Source: Pseudomonadota bacterium (GTDB lineage Bacteria > Pseudomonadota > Gammaproteobacteria > Xanthomonadales > Xanthomonadaceae). From it: DNA of 64,000 bases. Below are positions 19,345-28,466 of this stretch, in pieces. Numbering within the stretch: position 1 is the stretch's first letter; each line of letters starts with the position of its first letter. The stretch covers positions 3,813-67,812 of the forward strand of contig JAFEEL010000023.1 in the NCBI GenBank assembly GCA_018241125.1. Reading direction: 5' to 3'. A program made the position numbers and the translations under genes. The notes below the pieces were generated by a model. That model did not search any database and had not been told where the DNA came from. It worked only from the letters and a program-made list of their open reading frames with translations.

Positions 19345-19785
19345 TCAGCGCGTGCGCTGGTAGTGGACGACGAGGATTTGCGAGCCGGCCGGCGAGTCGA
19401 AATCTTTCGGTCGCACGCCCGGGCCGAGCTGGTAGGAAACGGTCAACGCATTGCCCGACAGGAGATACAGCGCGGGGATGGTCTTGCCGGCGTTCGGGCC
19501 TTGCTCGCCGTGGATGTCCATGCGCGCCGGCGTGCCGGTGTAGGTGATGGTGTAGCTACCGCGATCATTGCCGAACGCGTAGGTGCGTTCGGTCATGGCG
19601 AGCGTGGCGCCGTTGAAGCCGGCGACCGGAAAATCCTTCCCGCCCATCTGCGCGCTGGTCGGCGTCCACTGCCCGACCAGCTGCGCACCGGGCGGCACGT
19701 CGGGATCGACCGTGCTCATGCGCCGCGCCGCGCAGGGTGCGACCAGCAAAGACAACGACAAGGCGGCGACAAGCAAGCGATTCAT
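19345..19785 (-). CDS. Secreted lipocalin-like protein (TIGR03067-like domain)
   Basis: 146 aa. Signal peptide MNRLLVAALSLSLLVAPCAA. LVGQWTP...GKDFP...PARMDIHG...GKTIPALYLLSGNALTVSY...RPKDF pattern recalled for TIGR03067. Confidence 0.5.
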   Translation of the reverse strand: MNRLLVAALSLSLLVAPCAARRMSTVDPDVPPGAQLVGQWTPTSAQMGGKDFPVAGFNGATLAMTERTYAFGNDRGSYTITYTGTPARMDIHGEQGPNAGKTIPALYLLSGNALTVSYQLGPGVRPKDFDSPAGSQILVVHYQRTR

Positions 19786-19836
19786 GGCTCCTCCAATGGT
19801 CAGATGGAACGGTTCGTCATGCAGTGATTGCGCCGG

Positions 19837-20538
19837 TCACGCTCGCGCGTACAACGGCAACACCGCGCCGCTGATTTCGGTATTGCTCGGTGCAATCAAC
19901 GCCAGGATCGCTTCGGCGGCCGCTGTGGGCGACAACCATTTCGAGGCATCGGCGTCGGGCATGGCGGCGCGATTGCCGGGCGTGTCCAGCGTCGAGGGCG
20001 CGATGGCATTGACGAGGATGCGCTCGCCTTTGAGTTCTTCGGCCAGCGCCTGCGTGATCGCCACCACCGCCGCCTTGCTGGTCGTATAGGCGACCATCCC
20101 GGCGCCCTTGCGCGGATCGAGTCCCGGGCGCGCGGCCACGTTGACGATGCGCCCGCCATGCCCGGTTGCACGCATGCCGCGCACCGCGGCGCGGCTGCAC
20201 AGGAAGGCGGTGAGCGCGTTCATCTCGAACTGCGCCATGAAATCGGTGCGCGAGGTTTCGCTCAGCGGCGCCATCGCGAAACCGCCGGCGATGTGCACCG
20301 AGGCCCACAGCGCAGGCACCGTGTCGTAGAAGCGCTGCACCGAGAATTCATCACCTAGTTCCACGCCGTAGACGATGCGCACGTTCTCACCAGCACCGGC
20401 GATGATCACGCCGCCGGATTCTTGCGCCGGGACATGGCACGTCGCGCCGGCCTGCACCAGCCGCGCGACCACCGCCCGCCCGAGCGCGCCGGCCCCGCCG
20501 GTAACAACGACGTTGCGGCCTGCCAGTACCTGATCCAT
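19837..20538 (-). CDS. Short-chain dehydrogenase/reductase (SDR)
   Basis: ORF 19837-20574. Start set at ATG 20538 behind GGAGGAATCG. TGGAGALG cofactor motif and YTTSK active-site motif (YxxxK). Confidence 0.8.
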   Translation of the reverse strand: MDQVLAGRNVVVTGGAGALGRAVVARLVQAGATCHVPAQESGGVIIAGAGENVRIVYGVELGDEFSVQRFYDTVPALWASVHIAGGFAMAPLSETSRTDFMAQFEMNALTAFLCSRAAVRGMRATGHGGRIVNVAARPGLDPRKGAGMVAYTTSKAAVVAITQALAEELKGERILVNAIAPSTLDTPGNRAAMPDADASKWLSPTAAAEAILALIAPSNTEISGAVLPLYARA

Positions 20539-20578
20539 CGATTCCTCCACTGTCTTTCGCATTCGATCCATCACGCCG

Positions 20579-22582
20579 TCAACGCAGCCCCAGCGCCGCT
20601 TCGACGATCTTGTCCACGGTGAACCCGAAGTACGGGAACAGCACTTCGGCCGGTGCCGATGCGCCGAACGTGTCGATGCCGATCACCGCGCCATCCAGCC
20701 CGACGTACTTGCGCCAGTAATCGCTCACGCCGGCCTCGATCGCCACGCGCTTGCGGCACCAGCCCGGCAGCACGCCTTCGCGCCACTCCAGCGGCTGGCG
20801 GTCGAAGGCTTCGGTGCACGGCATCGACACCACCCGCGCCTTGACGCCCTTGCCCGCCAGCGCGATGGCCGATTGCCGGGCCAGTTCGACCTCCGAGCCG
20901 GTGGCGATCAGGATCACGTCGAACTGGGCTTCGCCCGGATCGGTGAGCACGTAGCCACCGCGGGCGATGTCGGCGAGCTGCTGGCTCGTGCGCTGCTGGT
21001 GGGCGAGTTTCTGGCGGGTGAAAATCAACGCGCTCGGGCCTTGCCGATGTTCGATTGCGTGCTTCCACGCCACCGCCGACTCCACCGCATCGCACGGCCG
21101 CCACACGTCCAGATTCGGAATGTGCCGCAGCGATGCGGCGTGCTCGACCGGCTGGTGCGTCGGGCCGTCTTCGCCCAAGCCGATCGAATCGTGGGTGTAG
21201 ACGTGGATCGAATGCGCCGGGTTGAGCGCGCTCATGCGCACGCCGTTGCGCGCGTAATCGGAGAACACCAGGAAGGTGGCATCGTAGGGCAGGAAGCCGC
21301 CGTGCAACGCCAGCCCGGTCGAGACCGCGGTCATGCCGAACTCGCGCACGCCGTAATGGATGTAGTTGCCGACCGCGTTCGGGTCGCACACGTTCACCGA
21401 ACCCTTCCACATCGTCAGGTTGGATTCAGCCAGATCCGCCGAACCGCCGATCAACTCCGGCAGGTGCGGGCCGTAGGCATCCAGCGCCATCTGCGAGGCC
21501 TTGCGGCTGGCCACCTCCGGCCCGGCCAGTTGCGTCTTGGCGATGTAGGCATCGGCGGCGGCGGCGAAGTCCTCCGGCAACTCCCCGTGCGAGCGGCGCA
21601 CCAGTTCGGCGGCCAGCTCGGGATATTGTTTCGCGTAACGATCGAACAGCTCGTTCCACGCATCCTCGCGCACGCGACCGGTGTTGACCGCGCGCCAGCC
21701 GTCGTAGATTTCCGGCGGGATCTCGAACGGGCCATACGGCCAGTGCAGGTTCGCCCGTGCCTTGGCGATTTCATCGGCGCCCAACGGCGACCCGTGCGCG
21801 GCGGCACTGTCTTGCTTGTCCGGCGCGCCGAAGCCGATGATCGTGCGGCAGCAGATCAGCGTCGGCTTTTGCGTTTCGTTTTGCGCGTGCAGGATCGCCT
21901 CGCGCACCGACGCCGCATCGAGGCCATCGACATCGCGGATGACGTGCCAGCCGTAGGCCTCGAAACGCGCCGGGGTGTCGTCGGTGAACCAGCCTTGGGT
22001 GTGGCCGTCGATGGAGATGTGGTTGTTGTCCCAGAACGCGATCAGCTTGCCCAGCGCCAGCGTGCCGGCCAGCGACGCGGCCTCGTGCGAGATGCCCTCC
22101 ATCATGCAGCCATCGCCCATGAACACCCACGTCATGTGATCGACGATGTCGAACTCGGGGCGATTGAACTGCTTGGCCAGCAGCTTCTCGGCCAGCGCGA
22201 AGCCGACCGCGTTGGCGAAGCCCTGCCCGAGTGGGCCGGTGGTGGTTTCCACCCCGGGCGTGTCCTTGCATTCCGGGTGCCCCGGCGTCATCGAATGCAG
22301 TTGCCGGAAGTTCTTGAGCTGCTCCATCGGCAGCGCGTAGCCGGACAAGTGCAGGCACGCGTACTGCAACATCGAACCGTGGCCGTTGGAGAGGATGAAG
22401 CGGTCGCGGTTGAACCACTTCGGGTTGGCCGGGTTGTGGCGCAGGAAATCGTTCCACAGCACCTCGGCGATGTCGGCCATGCCCATCGGCATGCCCGGAT
22501 GCCCGGAGTTGGCTTTCTGCACCGCATCCACGGCGAGGAAGCGGATGGCGTTGGCGAGGTCGCGGCGGCTGGGCTGGGTCAT
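20579..22582 (-). CDS. tkt: Transketolase
   Basis: 667 aa. [43 protein letters not shown] and the rest colinear with TktA-type enzymes. Confidence 0.95.
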   Translation of the reverse strand: MTQPSRRDLANAIRFLAVDAVQKANSGHPGMPMGMADIAEVLWNDFLRHNPANPKWFNRDRFILSNGHGSMLQYACLHLSGYALPMEQLKNFRQLHSMTPGHPECKDTPGVETTTGPLGQGFANAVGFALAEKLLAKQFNRPEFDIVDHMTWVFMGDGCMMEGISHEAASLAGTLALGKLIAFWDNNHISIDGHTQGWFTDDTPARFEAYGWHVIRDVDGLDAASVREAILHAQNETQKPTLICCRTIIGFGAPDKQDSAAAHGSPLGADEIAKARANLHWPYGPFEIPPEIYDGWRAVNTGRVREDAWNELFDRYAKQYPELAAELVRRSHGELPEDFAAAADAYIAKTQLAGPEVASRKASQMALDAYGPHLPELIGGSADLAESNLTMWKGSVNVCDPNAVGNYIHYGVREFGMTAVSTGLALHGGFLPYDATFLVFSDYARNGVRMSALNPAHSIHVYTHDSIGLGEDGPTHQPVEHAASLRHIPNLDVWRPCDAVESAVAWKHAIEHRQGPSALIFTRQKLAHQQRTSQQLADIARGGYVLTDPGEAQFDVILIATGSEVELARQSAIALAGKGVKARVVSMPCTEAFDRQPLEWREGVLPGWCRKRVAIEAGVSDYWRKYVGLDGAVIGIDTFGASAPAEVLFPYFGFTVDKIVEAALGLR

Positions 22583-22602
22583 GGCGGGTTCCGAGCTGCG
22601 GT

Positions 22603-22645
22603 GTGAGCCCCTCTCCCCTCGGGAGAGGGGTGGGGGTGAGGGCCG
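22603..22645. repeat. REP hairpin GAGCCCCTCTCCCCTC-GGGAGAGGGGTGGGGGTGAGGG
   Basis: CCCTCTCCC/GGGAGAGGG inverted repeat. Same family as 45600-45875 and 51678-51714. Confidence 0.85.
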
Positions 22646-22741
22646 GTGCTGCGGCAGTGCATCCGTCGCAGCCGACGGAAGCGCTTATTGTCCCATTCCG
22701 CGCGGTGGCTGTCGTGGGTTGGCTACCCCATCCGAGCATGC

Positions 22742-22856
22742 AAGTGGTTCGATCGCGGCGTCGGTTCTCGTGACCCGTTCGTGGTGAGCCGAGCCGGTCG
22801 AGAACCCATCGACAAGCTCAGGGCAGGCTCCGTTCGAGCCGGCTCGTGTCGAACCA
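22742..22856. repeat. About 115-bp palindromic element (GTGGTTCGA...CCGTTCGTGGTGAGCC...GACAAGCTCAGGGCAGG...TCGAACCAC)
   Basis: Terminal 9-bp inverted repeats read directly. Internal CCGTTCGTGGTGAG core is the reverse complement of the core of the neighbouring tandem array. Confidence 0.7.
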
Positions 22857-22899
22857 CAACGGGGTATGTCGCGGGCCCACCCGGAACAAACCATGGTTC

Positions 22900-23128
22900 G
22901 ATCGCGGCCTCGGCCTTCGGCCTCGATCCGCGCCTCACCACGAACGGGATATTTGATTGCGGCCTCATTCTTCGGCCTCGATCCGCGCCTCACCACGAAC
23001 GGGATATTTGATTGCGGCCTCGGCCTGCGGCCTCGATCCGCGCCTCACCACGAACGGGATATTTGATTGCTGCCTCGGCCTGCGGCCTCGATCCGCGCCT
23101 CACCACGAACGGGATATCGATCTGCGCC
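22900..23128. repeat. 55-bp tandem repeat, about 4 copies (unit CCTCGATCCGCGCCTCACCACGAACGGGATATTTGATTGCGGCCTCGGCCTGCGG)
   Basis: CCTCGATCCG recurs at 22921, 22976, 23031 and 23086 (period 55). Last copy truncated. Confidence 0.95.
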
Positions 23129-23212
23129 CTCCTCCGCTCCCCGCTTCCCGCTCCCTGCTCCCTGCTTCCCGCTCCCTGCTCCCTGCTCCCGAGTCCCGAG
23201 TCCCGAGTCCCG
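23129..23212. repeat. Heptanucleotide array, about 12 units (CCGCTCC/CTGCTCC/CTGCTTC, then 3 x CGAGTCC)
   Basis: Read directly. The minus strand is G3N4-type and starts right after the batD stop codon (23215). Confidence 0.95.
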
Positions 23213-23214
23213 GC

Positions 23215-24960
23215 TTATTCCGGATACAACGGCGGCAGCGGCTGCCGTGCCGTATCGGGCCGTTCCGGCGCGGCCCAACGCGGCCCGCGCGCGAACGCCG
23301 CGCGCAACTTCACCAATGTCTGCGCGTCCGGTTGCCCGTCGCCGCGCCAGCGCATCGCCTCGCAGGCTTGCAGGGCGTCGCGCTGGGCGGGGTCGGCCAG
23401 TCGCGACAGGAGTTCATGCAGATGGCGCGGTCGCGGTTCGGGCGCGGTTTCGCACAACACGCGCACGATCAGCGCCGGATCGCCCAGCGCCAGCGCGGCA
23501 TCGAGTTTGGGCAGCGCATCGGCGGTGTGCAGCGCCGGTTCGACCCGCGAAGATGGCAATCGCTCGCCCGCCTCCTGACGCCGCCGCCAGCCCCACACCA
23601 GCAGCGAAGCCAGCACTACCGCCAGCGCGACCGCCGCACCCTGCCATGCGCGCAGGACGCGATTGACGCGGTCGGCGGTCGGCGCCTGCGCGGGCGCGTT
23701 CGTCGCCGCGACTGGGTTTGCCATGGTCGCGTGCGTGCCCGCCGGACTGGCCGCGCCGGCGATGCCCGGCAGCACGTGCACCACGGGCATCTGTGCGCGT
23801 GCGATTTGCGCGGTGTCGTTGTTCACGTTCCACCACGGCACGCTGATCTGCGGGATCTGCAACGTGCCGGCCTGCGTGGACACGATCGCGAAGCGGCGCG
23901 TGCGCTCTGAATGCAGCGTATCGCCCTGCATGTCTTGCGTGGTGGTCGATGGTTCGGGATAGACCTGCGCGCCGGGAATCGCTGGCGACGCGATTTCCGG
24001 CAACTGCGAGGCGGCCACGCCATCGCCGGATTCATGCACGCGGATGTCGAACGGCTCGCCGGCGCGCGGGGCCGTGCTCGGCGGATCGATGGTCAAGGTC
24101 AGCGACTGCGCCGGCAGCCACGGATCGGGGGCTTGCGCCGGCAGCGGGCGCACGGCCACGTCGATGGCGGTTCCCTGTGCCCGCAAGTTGCGCACGCCCA
24201 TCGAGAAGGCGTCGTCGAACGGATCGCCCGGGTTGGCAATCGCGCGACCGCGGAACGCCGGCGCCTGCAGATGCAGCGCGCCACTGCGCTCGGGTTGCAG
24301 CAGATAGCGCCGGGTGAGCCGCAGGTAGCGCCGACCATCCACGGTTTGCATGTCACGTTGGTCTTGCCCGATCTGACGCAGGTCGCCGTTGTCGGTGGTC
24401 GGCGGATCGAGCGCGGCATCCAGCAGGTTGACCGCGTAATACAAGCGCAGCGTGTACACCAGCGCCTGCCCGACATACGGCTTGGCGGGGGCCAGATCAT
24501 CTGCAATGAACACCGGATCGCCGGGCTTGCTCGGGCCACGAGCGAGCGAGGCATCCGGCGCGCCATTGTCTTGTGGGTTGGACGGCGATGCGGCGCTCGT
24601 CGCTGGCGAGCCATCCACCAGCAGGCGCAGCGGCGCGGTGCTGTTCGCGCCGACCTTCAACGCGGGAATCGCGATCACGCCGCCGTGGCGCGGCGTCAAC
24701 GTCACCGACCACTGCTGGCTGGACTGCACCGCACCGTTGATGATCGTGGTCTGGCTGCCGGACGACACGCCATCGACCGAGAAATCGTTGCGCAGCGGCG
24801 ACAGGTCGGGTTGCGCACCACTGCCGTCGGCGCTGATGGTCAACGTTACCGACTCGCCCGGCGCGACGTGGTCGCGATCCAGCGATGCGCGCACCGCGGC
24901 CTGCGCCGACATCATCACGCACACAGCGAGCAAGGCAAACATCCGAAACAAGGATTTCAT
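23215..24960 (-). CDS. batD: BatD-like oxygen-tolerance protein
   Basis: 581 aa from ATG 24960 (MKSLFRMFALLAVCVMMSAQA signal peptide). Late TM helix AVALAVVLASLLVWGW. Last gene of the Bat cluster. Start overlaps the upstream stop (ATGA). Confidence 0.75.
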   Translation of the reverse strand: MKSLFRMFALLAVCVMMSAQAAVRASLDRDHVAPGESVTLTISADGSGAQPDLSPLRNDFSVDGVSSGSQTTIINGAVQSSQQWSVTLTPRHGGVIAIPALKVGANSTAPLRLLVDGSPATSAASPSNPQDNGAPDASLARGPSKPGDPVFIADDLAPAKPYVGQALVYTLRLYYAVNLLDAALDPPTTDNGDLRQIGQDQRDMQTVDGRRYLRLTRRYLLQPERSGALHLQAPAFRGRAIANPGDPFDDAFSMGVRNLRAQGTAIDVAVRPLPAQAPDPWLPAQSLTLTIDPPSTAPRAGEPFDIRVHESGDGVAASQLPEIASPAIPGAQVYPEPSTTTQDMQGDTLHSERTRRFAIVSTQAGTLQIPQISVPWWNVNNDTAQIARAQMPVVHVLPGIAGAASPAGTHATMANPVAATNAPAQAPTADRVNRVLRAWQGAAVALAVVLASLLVWGWRRRQEAGERLPSSRVEPALHTADALPKLDAALALGDPALIVRVLCETAPEPRPRHLHELLSRLADPAQRDALQACEAMRWRGDGQPDAQTLVKLRAAFARGPRWAAPERPDTARQPLPPLYPE

Positions 24961-26978
24961 GGCGAATCTCCTTGCAGGCGGCGCTGGTATTCCAGCCAGA
25001 ACTTGCGCTTGAGCAAGGCGCCCGGCTCGTCGGGCACGCGCTGCATGATCTGTTGATTGGCCTGCCGCTGCTCGCGCTGCGCGGTGGTTTCGGCCAGCAC
25101 TGGTGATTGCGGTGGCTTGCCGTCTTTCCCGCGCGATGCGAGCGCTTGTTGCAGCGCTTGTTTCTCGGCCGCTTGCGCGCGCGCCTGCGCGGCTGCGTCG
25201 GGCCTGGGCTGCGCAGACTGCGCAGATGCGTCTTGTTGCGACGAAGCGGCTTGTCGTGGCGACGGCTGTTGTCGTTGCGACGAGTGCTGTTGTTGCGCCT
25301 GCTTCTGCGCTTGTTGCTGTTGCGCTTGTTGCTGTTGCGCTTGTTGTTGTTGCGCTTGTTGTTGTTGCGCTTGTTGTTGTTGCGCTTGTTGCTGTTGCGC
25401 TTGTTGCTGTTGCGCTTGTTGCTGTTGCGCTTGTTGCTGCGGTTTTCCCTGCTGTTGCTGTCCCTGCTGCTGCTGTCCCTGCTCCTTCTTTCCCTTCTCC
25501 CTGATCCCCGCTCCCTGCTGCGCCTGCTGTCCCTGTTCCCTGCTCCCCGCTCCCTGCTGCTCCTTCTTTCCCGGCTGCTCCTTCTGTCCCTGCTTCTCCC
25601 GCTGCGCCAGCAGCTTGCGCACGGCATCGATATTGGCTTGCGCATCGACCATGCCGGGCTGCTGCTTGAGCGCGGCTTGCCAAGCGGAGATCGCTTGGTC
25701 GTAACGGCCCATCTGCGCCAGTGCATTGCCGCGGTTGTAGGCCGCATCGGCGTCGTTCAAGTGCGACCAGCCATCGGCGGCGGCGGCGTAATCGCCTTTG
25801 AGGTAATCGGCGGCGGCGCGTTGTGCCGGAGTCTGCGCGAGCGTGGCCGCGTCCTTCGCATCGCCGGCACGCAAGGCGCGGTCGGCGCGTTGATCGGCGC
25901 GCGTCCACCAACCCTGCCACGCGCCCTGCGGCGCGGCCTGCGCCGGCGGCGTCGGCAGCGCCAGCATCCCGACCAGCAGCACTGCGGCCAGCCAGCCGCG
26001 ACGGAATGCCAGCGCCGCCAGCGGCAACAAGATCAACACCAGCCACGGGCCGTCGTCGCGCCATGCCAACACGTCCGCCGAGGCCTTGCCGACCGCCGCA
26101 TCCGCACGCGGCGTCAACACGCCCAGCGCGCGCAGATCGGCATCGGCTGCGCTGATCGGCGCGTAGCGTCCGCCACCGGCGCTGGCCAATTCGCGCAACG
26201 AAGGTTCATCCAGTCGCGCCACCTGCGGGCTGCCCTGCGCGTCGGTCACGAAGCGACCGTCTGCCGAAGGCAGCGGCGCACCGCTGGCCGTGCCAACGCC
26301 GATCACATCCACCACGTAACCCTTCGCGCGTACTTCGCGGGCTGCCTGCTGCGCCTGTGCATCGGCGGCGTCGGTCAACAGCAGGATTCGACCGCGCCGG
26401 AAGCCGGCCTGCGCGAGCAGATCGGCGGCGCGGCGCAGCGCCAGATCGGCGCGCTGACCGTCGACGGGCATGGTGTCGGGCGACAGCGCGACCACGAGAT
26501 CGTCGAGGCTGTGCGCATCATCGGAGATCGGCGCGACGGTGAAGGCGTCGCCAGCGTATGCGACCAAACCCATCTGCCCGCCGCTGCGCGCGTCGATCAA
26601 CTGCTGCACCTTGATCCGCTCGCGCAGCGCGCGCGAGGGCGGCAGGTCGGCCGCGAGCATGTGCGAGGACATGTCCTCGACCACCACCAGCGGCGATTGC
26701 GGTGCGAACGTCGGCTGCGCCACGCGTTGCCACGCCGGCCCGCTCAGTGCAAACACCGCGATGACGTAGCCCAGCGCGAACAACCACGCTGCCAGCGAGC
26801 GCGTCGCTGGCGGGGCTTCCTGCAACAACGCCGGCAACAGATGCGCATCCACCGCCTGCGTCCACGGCGACTGCCGCCGCGCTTGCGCGCGCCACCACCC
26901 GAGCAGTGGCAGCACGAGCAATGCCAGCAGCCACCACGGGCGCAGCAGGTGCGGAATCCAGAACATGGGCGCGTTCAT
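24957..26978 (-). CDS. BatB-like VWA protein fused to a BatC-like TPR region with a long Gln-rich tail
   Basis: 673 aa from ATG 26978 (ATGA overlap with the batA stop). Two N-terminal TM helices, VWA domain (VVVEDMSSHMLAADLPPSR...ILLLTDA), third TM, TPR (YNRGNALAQMGRYDQAISAWQAALKQQP), then about 150 aa of Q/K/E/A low complexity. Confidence 0.8.
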   Translation of the reverse strand: MNAPMFWIPHLLRPWWLLALLVLPLLGWWRAQARRQSPWTQAVDAHLLPALLQEAPPATRSLAAWLFALGYVIAVFALSGPAWQRVAQPTFAPQSPLVVVEDMSSHMLAADLPPSRALRERIKVQQLIDARSGGQMGLVAYAGDAFTVAPISDDAHSLDDLVVALSPDTMPVDGQRADLALRRAADLLAQAGFRRGRILLLTDAADAQAQQAAREVRAKGYVVDVIGVGTASGAPLPSADGRFVTDAQGSPQVARLDEPSLRELASAGGGRYAPISAADADLRALGVLTPRADAAVGKASADVLAWRDDGPWLVLILLPLAALAFRRGWLAAVLLVGMLALPTPPAQAAPQGAWQGWWTRADQRADRALRAGDAKDAATLAQTPAQRAAADYLKGDYAAAADGWSHLNDADAAYNRGNALAQMGRYDQAISAWQAALKQQPGMVDAQANIDAVRKLLAQREKQGQKEQPGKKEQQGAGSREQGQQAQQGAGIREKGKKEQGQQQQGQQQQGKPQQQAQQQQAQQQQAQQQQAQQQQAQQQQAQQQQAQQQQAQQQQAQKQAQQQHSSQRQQPSPRQAASSQQDASAQSAQPRPDAAAQARAQAAEKQALQQALASRGKDGKPPQSPVLAETTAQREQRQANQQIMQRVPDEPGALLKRKFWLEYQRRLQGDSP
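25308..25442. repeat. Nine tandem copies of a 15-bp in-frame unit (GCGCTTGTTGCTGTT; encodes (QQQQA)n on the minus strand)
   Basis: Read directly. Units differ only at a synonymous C/T position. Lies inside the BatB/C-fusion CDS. Confidence 0.95.
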
Positions 26979-28012
26979 GCGAAGCGCCTGCGCGAAGACG
27001 GCGCGAGGATCGTGAGCAGCGCCAGTGCCCACGCACCGCCGAGGAACCACGGGTAGAGTTCGCGACGCGGGCGCTGTGCGGCCTGCGGGCGCAACGCCGG
27101 CTCGATACGGTCGAGCTGGGCGTAGATGCCAGCCAGCGATTCGGTGTCGCGGGCGCGGTAATACTGCCCGCCGGTCAGCGCCGCGATCTTGCGCAGCGTG
27201 TCCTCGTCCACGCCATCGTCCTGCGTAGGCAGACTCAGGCCGAAGAACGAATCGGCCGGCGCGTCACCGCCGAAGCCGATGGTGTAAATGCGCACGTGCT
27301 CGGCCGCGGCCAGTTGCGCGGCCTTGATTGGTTCGATCGCGCCCGAGTTGCTCACCCCATCGGTAAGCAAGATCAGCACGCGATCGGCCGGATGGCCGGC
27401 ATCGGCGGCGAGCAGGCGCTTGACCGCCAGCACGATGGCGTCGCCGATGGCGGTGTTGTCGCCGGCCAAGCCCGCCTCGCTGGACATCAGTTGCGCGCGC
27501 ACGCTGCGCCGATCCCACGTCAACGGCGTGACCGCGTAGGCGTGGGTGCCGAACACCACCAACCCGACGCGATCGCCACGACGGCGGTCGAGAAAATCAC
27601 CCAGCACCGCCTTGATCGCGGTGAGCCGATCCACCACCTGCCCACCCAGTTGCATGTCCTGACTGCGCATGGAACCGGACAGATCCACCGCCAGCATCAG
27701 GTCGCGCCCGCTGCGCGGGGGTTGCACCAGATCGCCCAACTGCTGCGGACGTGCGGCGGCCACGCACAACAGCAGCCAGCCCAGCAGCGGCAGCCAGCGC
27801 CGCAATCGCGACGTTCGTGCCGATCCGTCGCCGGCGCGCAGCGCGGCGAACACCCGCGCGAACGGCGCGCGCAGCGCCGCCTGCTCCGGTGGCCGCGCGG
27901 CCGGCAACCAACGCGCGAGCAACCACGGCAGCGGCAGCGCGAGCAGCGCCAGCGGCCAAGCCAAGATCGGGATGGTGCTCCAATCAGGCACGACCACGCG
28001 CTCCGGCGGCAT
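26975..28012 (-). CDS. batA: BatA-like VWA-domain membrane protein
   Basis: 345 aa. N-terminal TM helices, canonical MIDAS AVDLSGSM, ...LILLTDGVSNSG. Confidence 0.85.
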   Translation of the reverse strand: MPPERVVVPDWSTIPILAWPLALLALPLPWLLARWLPAARPPEQAALRAPFARVFAALRAGDGSARTSRLRRWLPLLGWLLLCVAAARPQQLGDLVQPPRSGRDLMLAVDLSGSMRSQDMQLGGQVVDRLTAIKAVLGDFLDRRRGDRVGLVVFGTHAYAVTPLTWDRRSVRAQLMSSEAGLAGDNTAIGDAIVLAVKRLLAADAGHPADRVLILLTDGVSNSGAIEPIKAAQLAAAEHVRIYTIGFGGDAPADSFFGLSLPTQDDGVDEDTLRKIAALTGGQYYRARDTESLAGIYAQLDRIEPALRPQAAQRPRRELYPWFLGGAWALALLTILAPSSRRRFA

Positions 28013-28466
28013 CTACCAACAACGATGAAAAACGTGTGCGCGCCAGCGCCAGCGTCGGCGCGATGTCGACATCCAGATCGCGGCGGAACGCGCCATCGGC
28101 CAGTGCCGCGCCACAGCCTTGCGAGAACGGACGCGTGGGATCGTCGCCGTCGAGGAAGGCCAGCCACGCCGCGCCGAGCAGCGTGGCCGCCGGTGGATGC
28201 CCGATCTGCGCCGCGCGCCGCAGCAGCACCGAGGCCGCGGCCAGGCGCGCCGGCGCATCGCGGCTGGCGGCGATGCCGGCATCGAACTGCGCCATCGCCG
28301 CATTGATGCGCCGCCTGCGCGCACGCACGCGCCAGCCGCGCCGGGTCGCCCAGAACACGATCGCGATCACCAGTGCCGCCAGCACCCACCAGCCCGGCGC
28401 CGGCGGCCACCAGCCGGGCGGCGGCGGCAGGTGGATGCCGTGCAGGCCGGGGATGTTCGCGTTCAT
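27984..28466 (-). CDS. DUF4381-family membrane protein
   Basis: 160 aa from ATG 28466 (ATGA overlap with the DUF58 stop). IHLPPPPGWWPPAPGWWVLAALVIAIVF is the typical DUF4381 N-terminus. Confidence 0.7.
   Translation of the reverse strand: MNANIPGLHGIHLPPPPGWWPPAPGWWVLAALVIAIVFWATRRGWRVRARRRRINAAMAQFDAGIAASRDAPARLAAASVLLRRAAQIGHPPAATLLGAAWLAFLDGDDPTRPFSQGCGAALADGAFRRDLDVDIAPTLALARTRFSSLLVDAAGARGRA

Noticed and set aside
22742-22910. GGTTCGATCGCGG motifs resembling a tRNA T-arm
   Set aside because: No acceptor stem, anticodon arm or D-arm can be drawn around them. The motif is part of a repeated palindromic element present twice within 150 bp.
22900-23128. Possible CRISPR array (regular 55-bp period; also the 52-bp array at 49640-49800)
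   Set aside because: Units are entirely repetitive with no unique spacers. There is no leader and there are no cas genes in the window. The arrays share a REP-like core, so they are minisatellites rather than CRISPR.
25057-25704. A striking Cys-rich ORF (ACCCCACCCC...)
   Set aside because: It is the reverse-strand reading of the (QQQQA)n 15-bp repeat inside the BatB/C gene. The sense-strand gene has domain support and the antisense ORF has none.
23215-26064. A 949-aa ORF extending batD upstream
   Set aside because: The region upstream of ATG 24960 is an alternative frame of the BatB/C gene. The signal peptide MKSLFRMFALLAVCVMMSAQA and the ATGA coupling fix the start at 24960.
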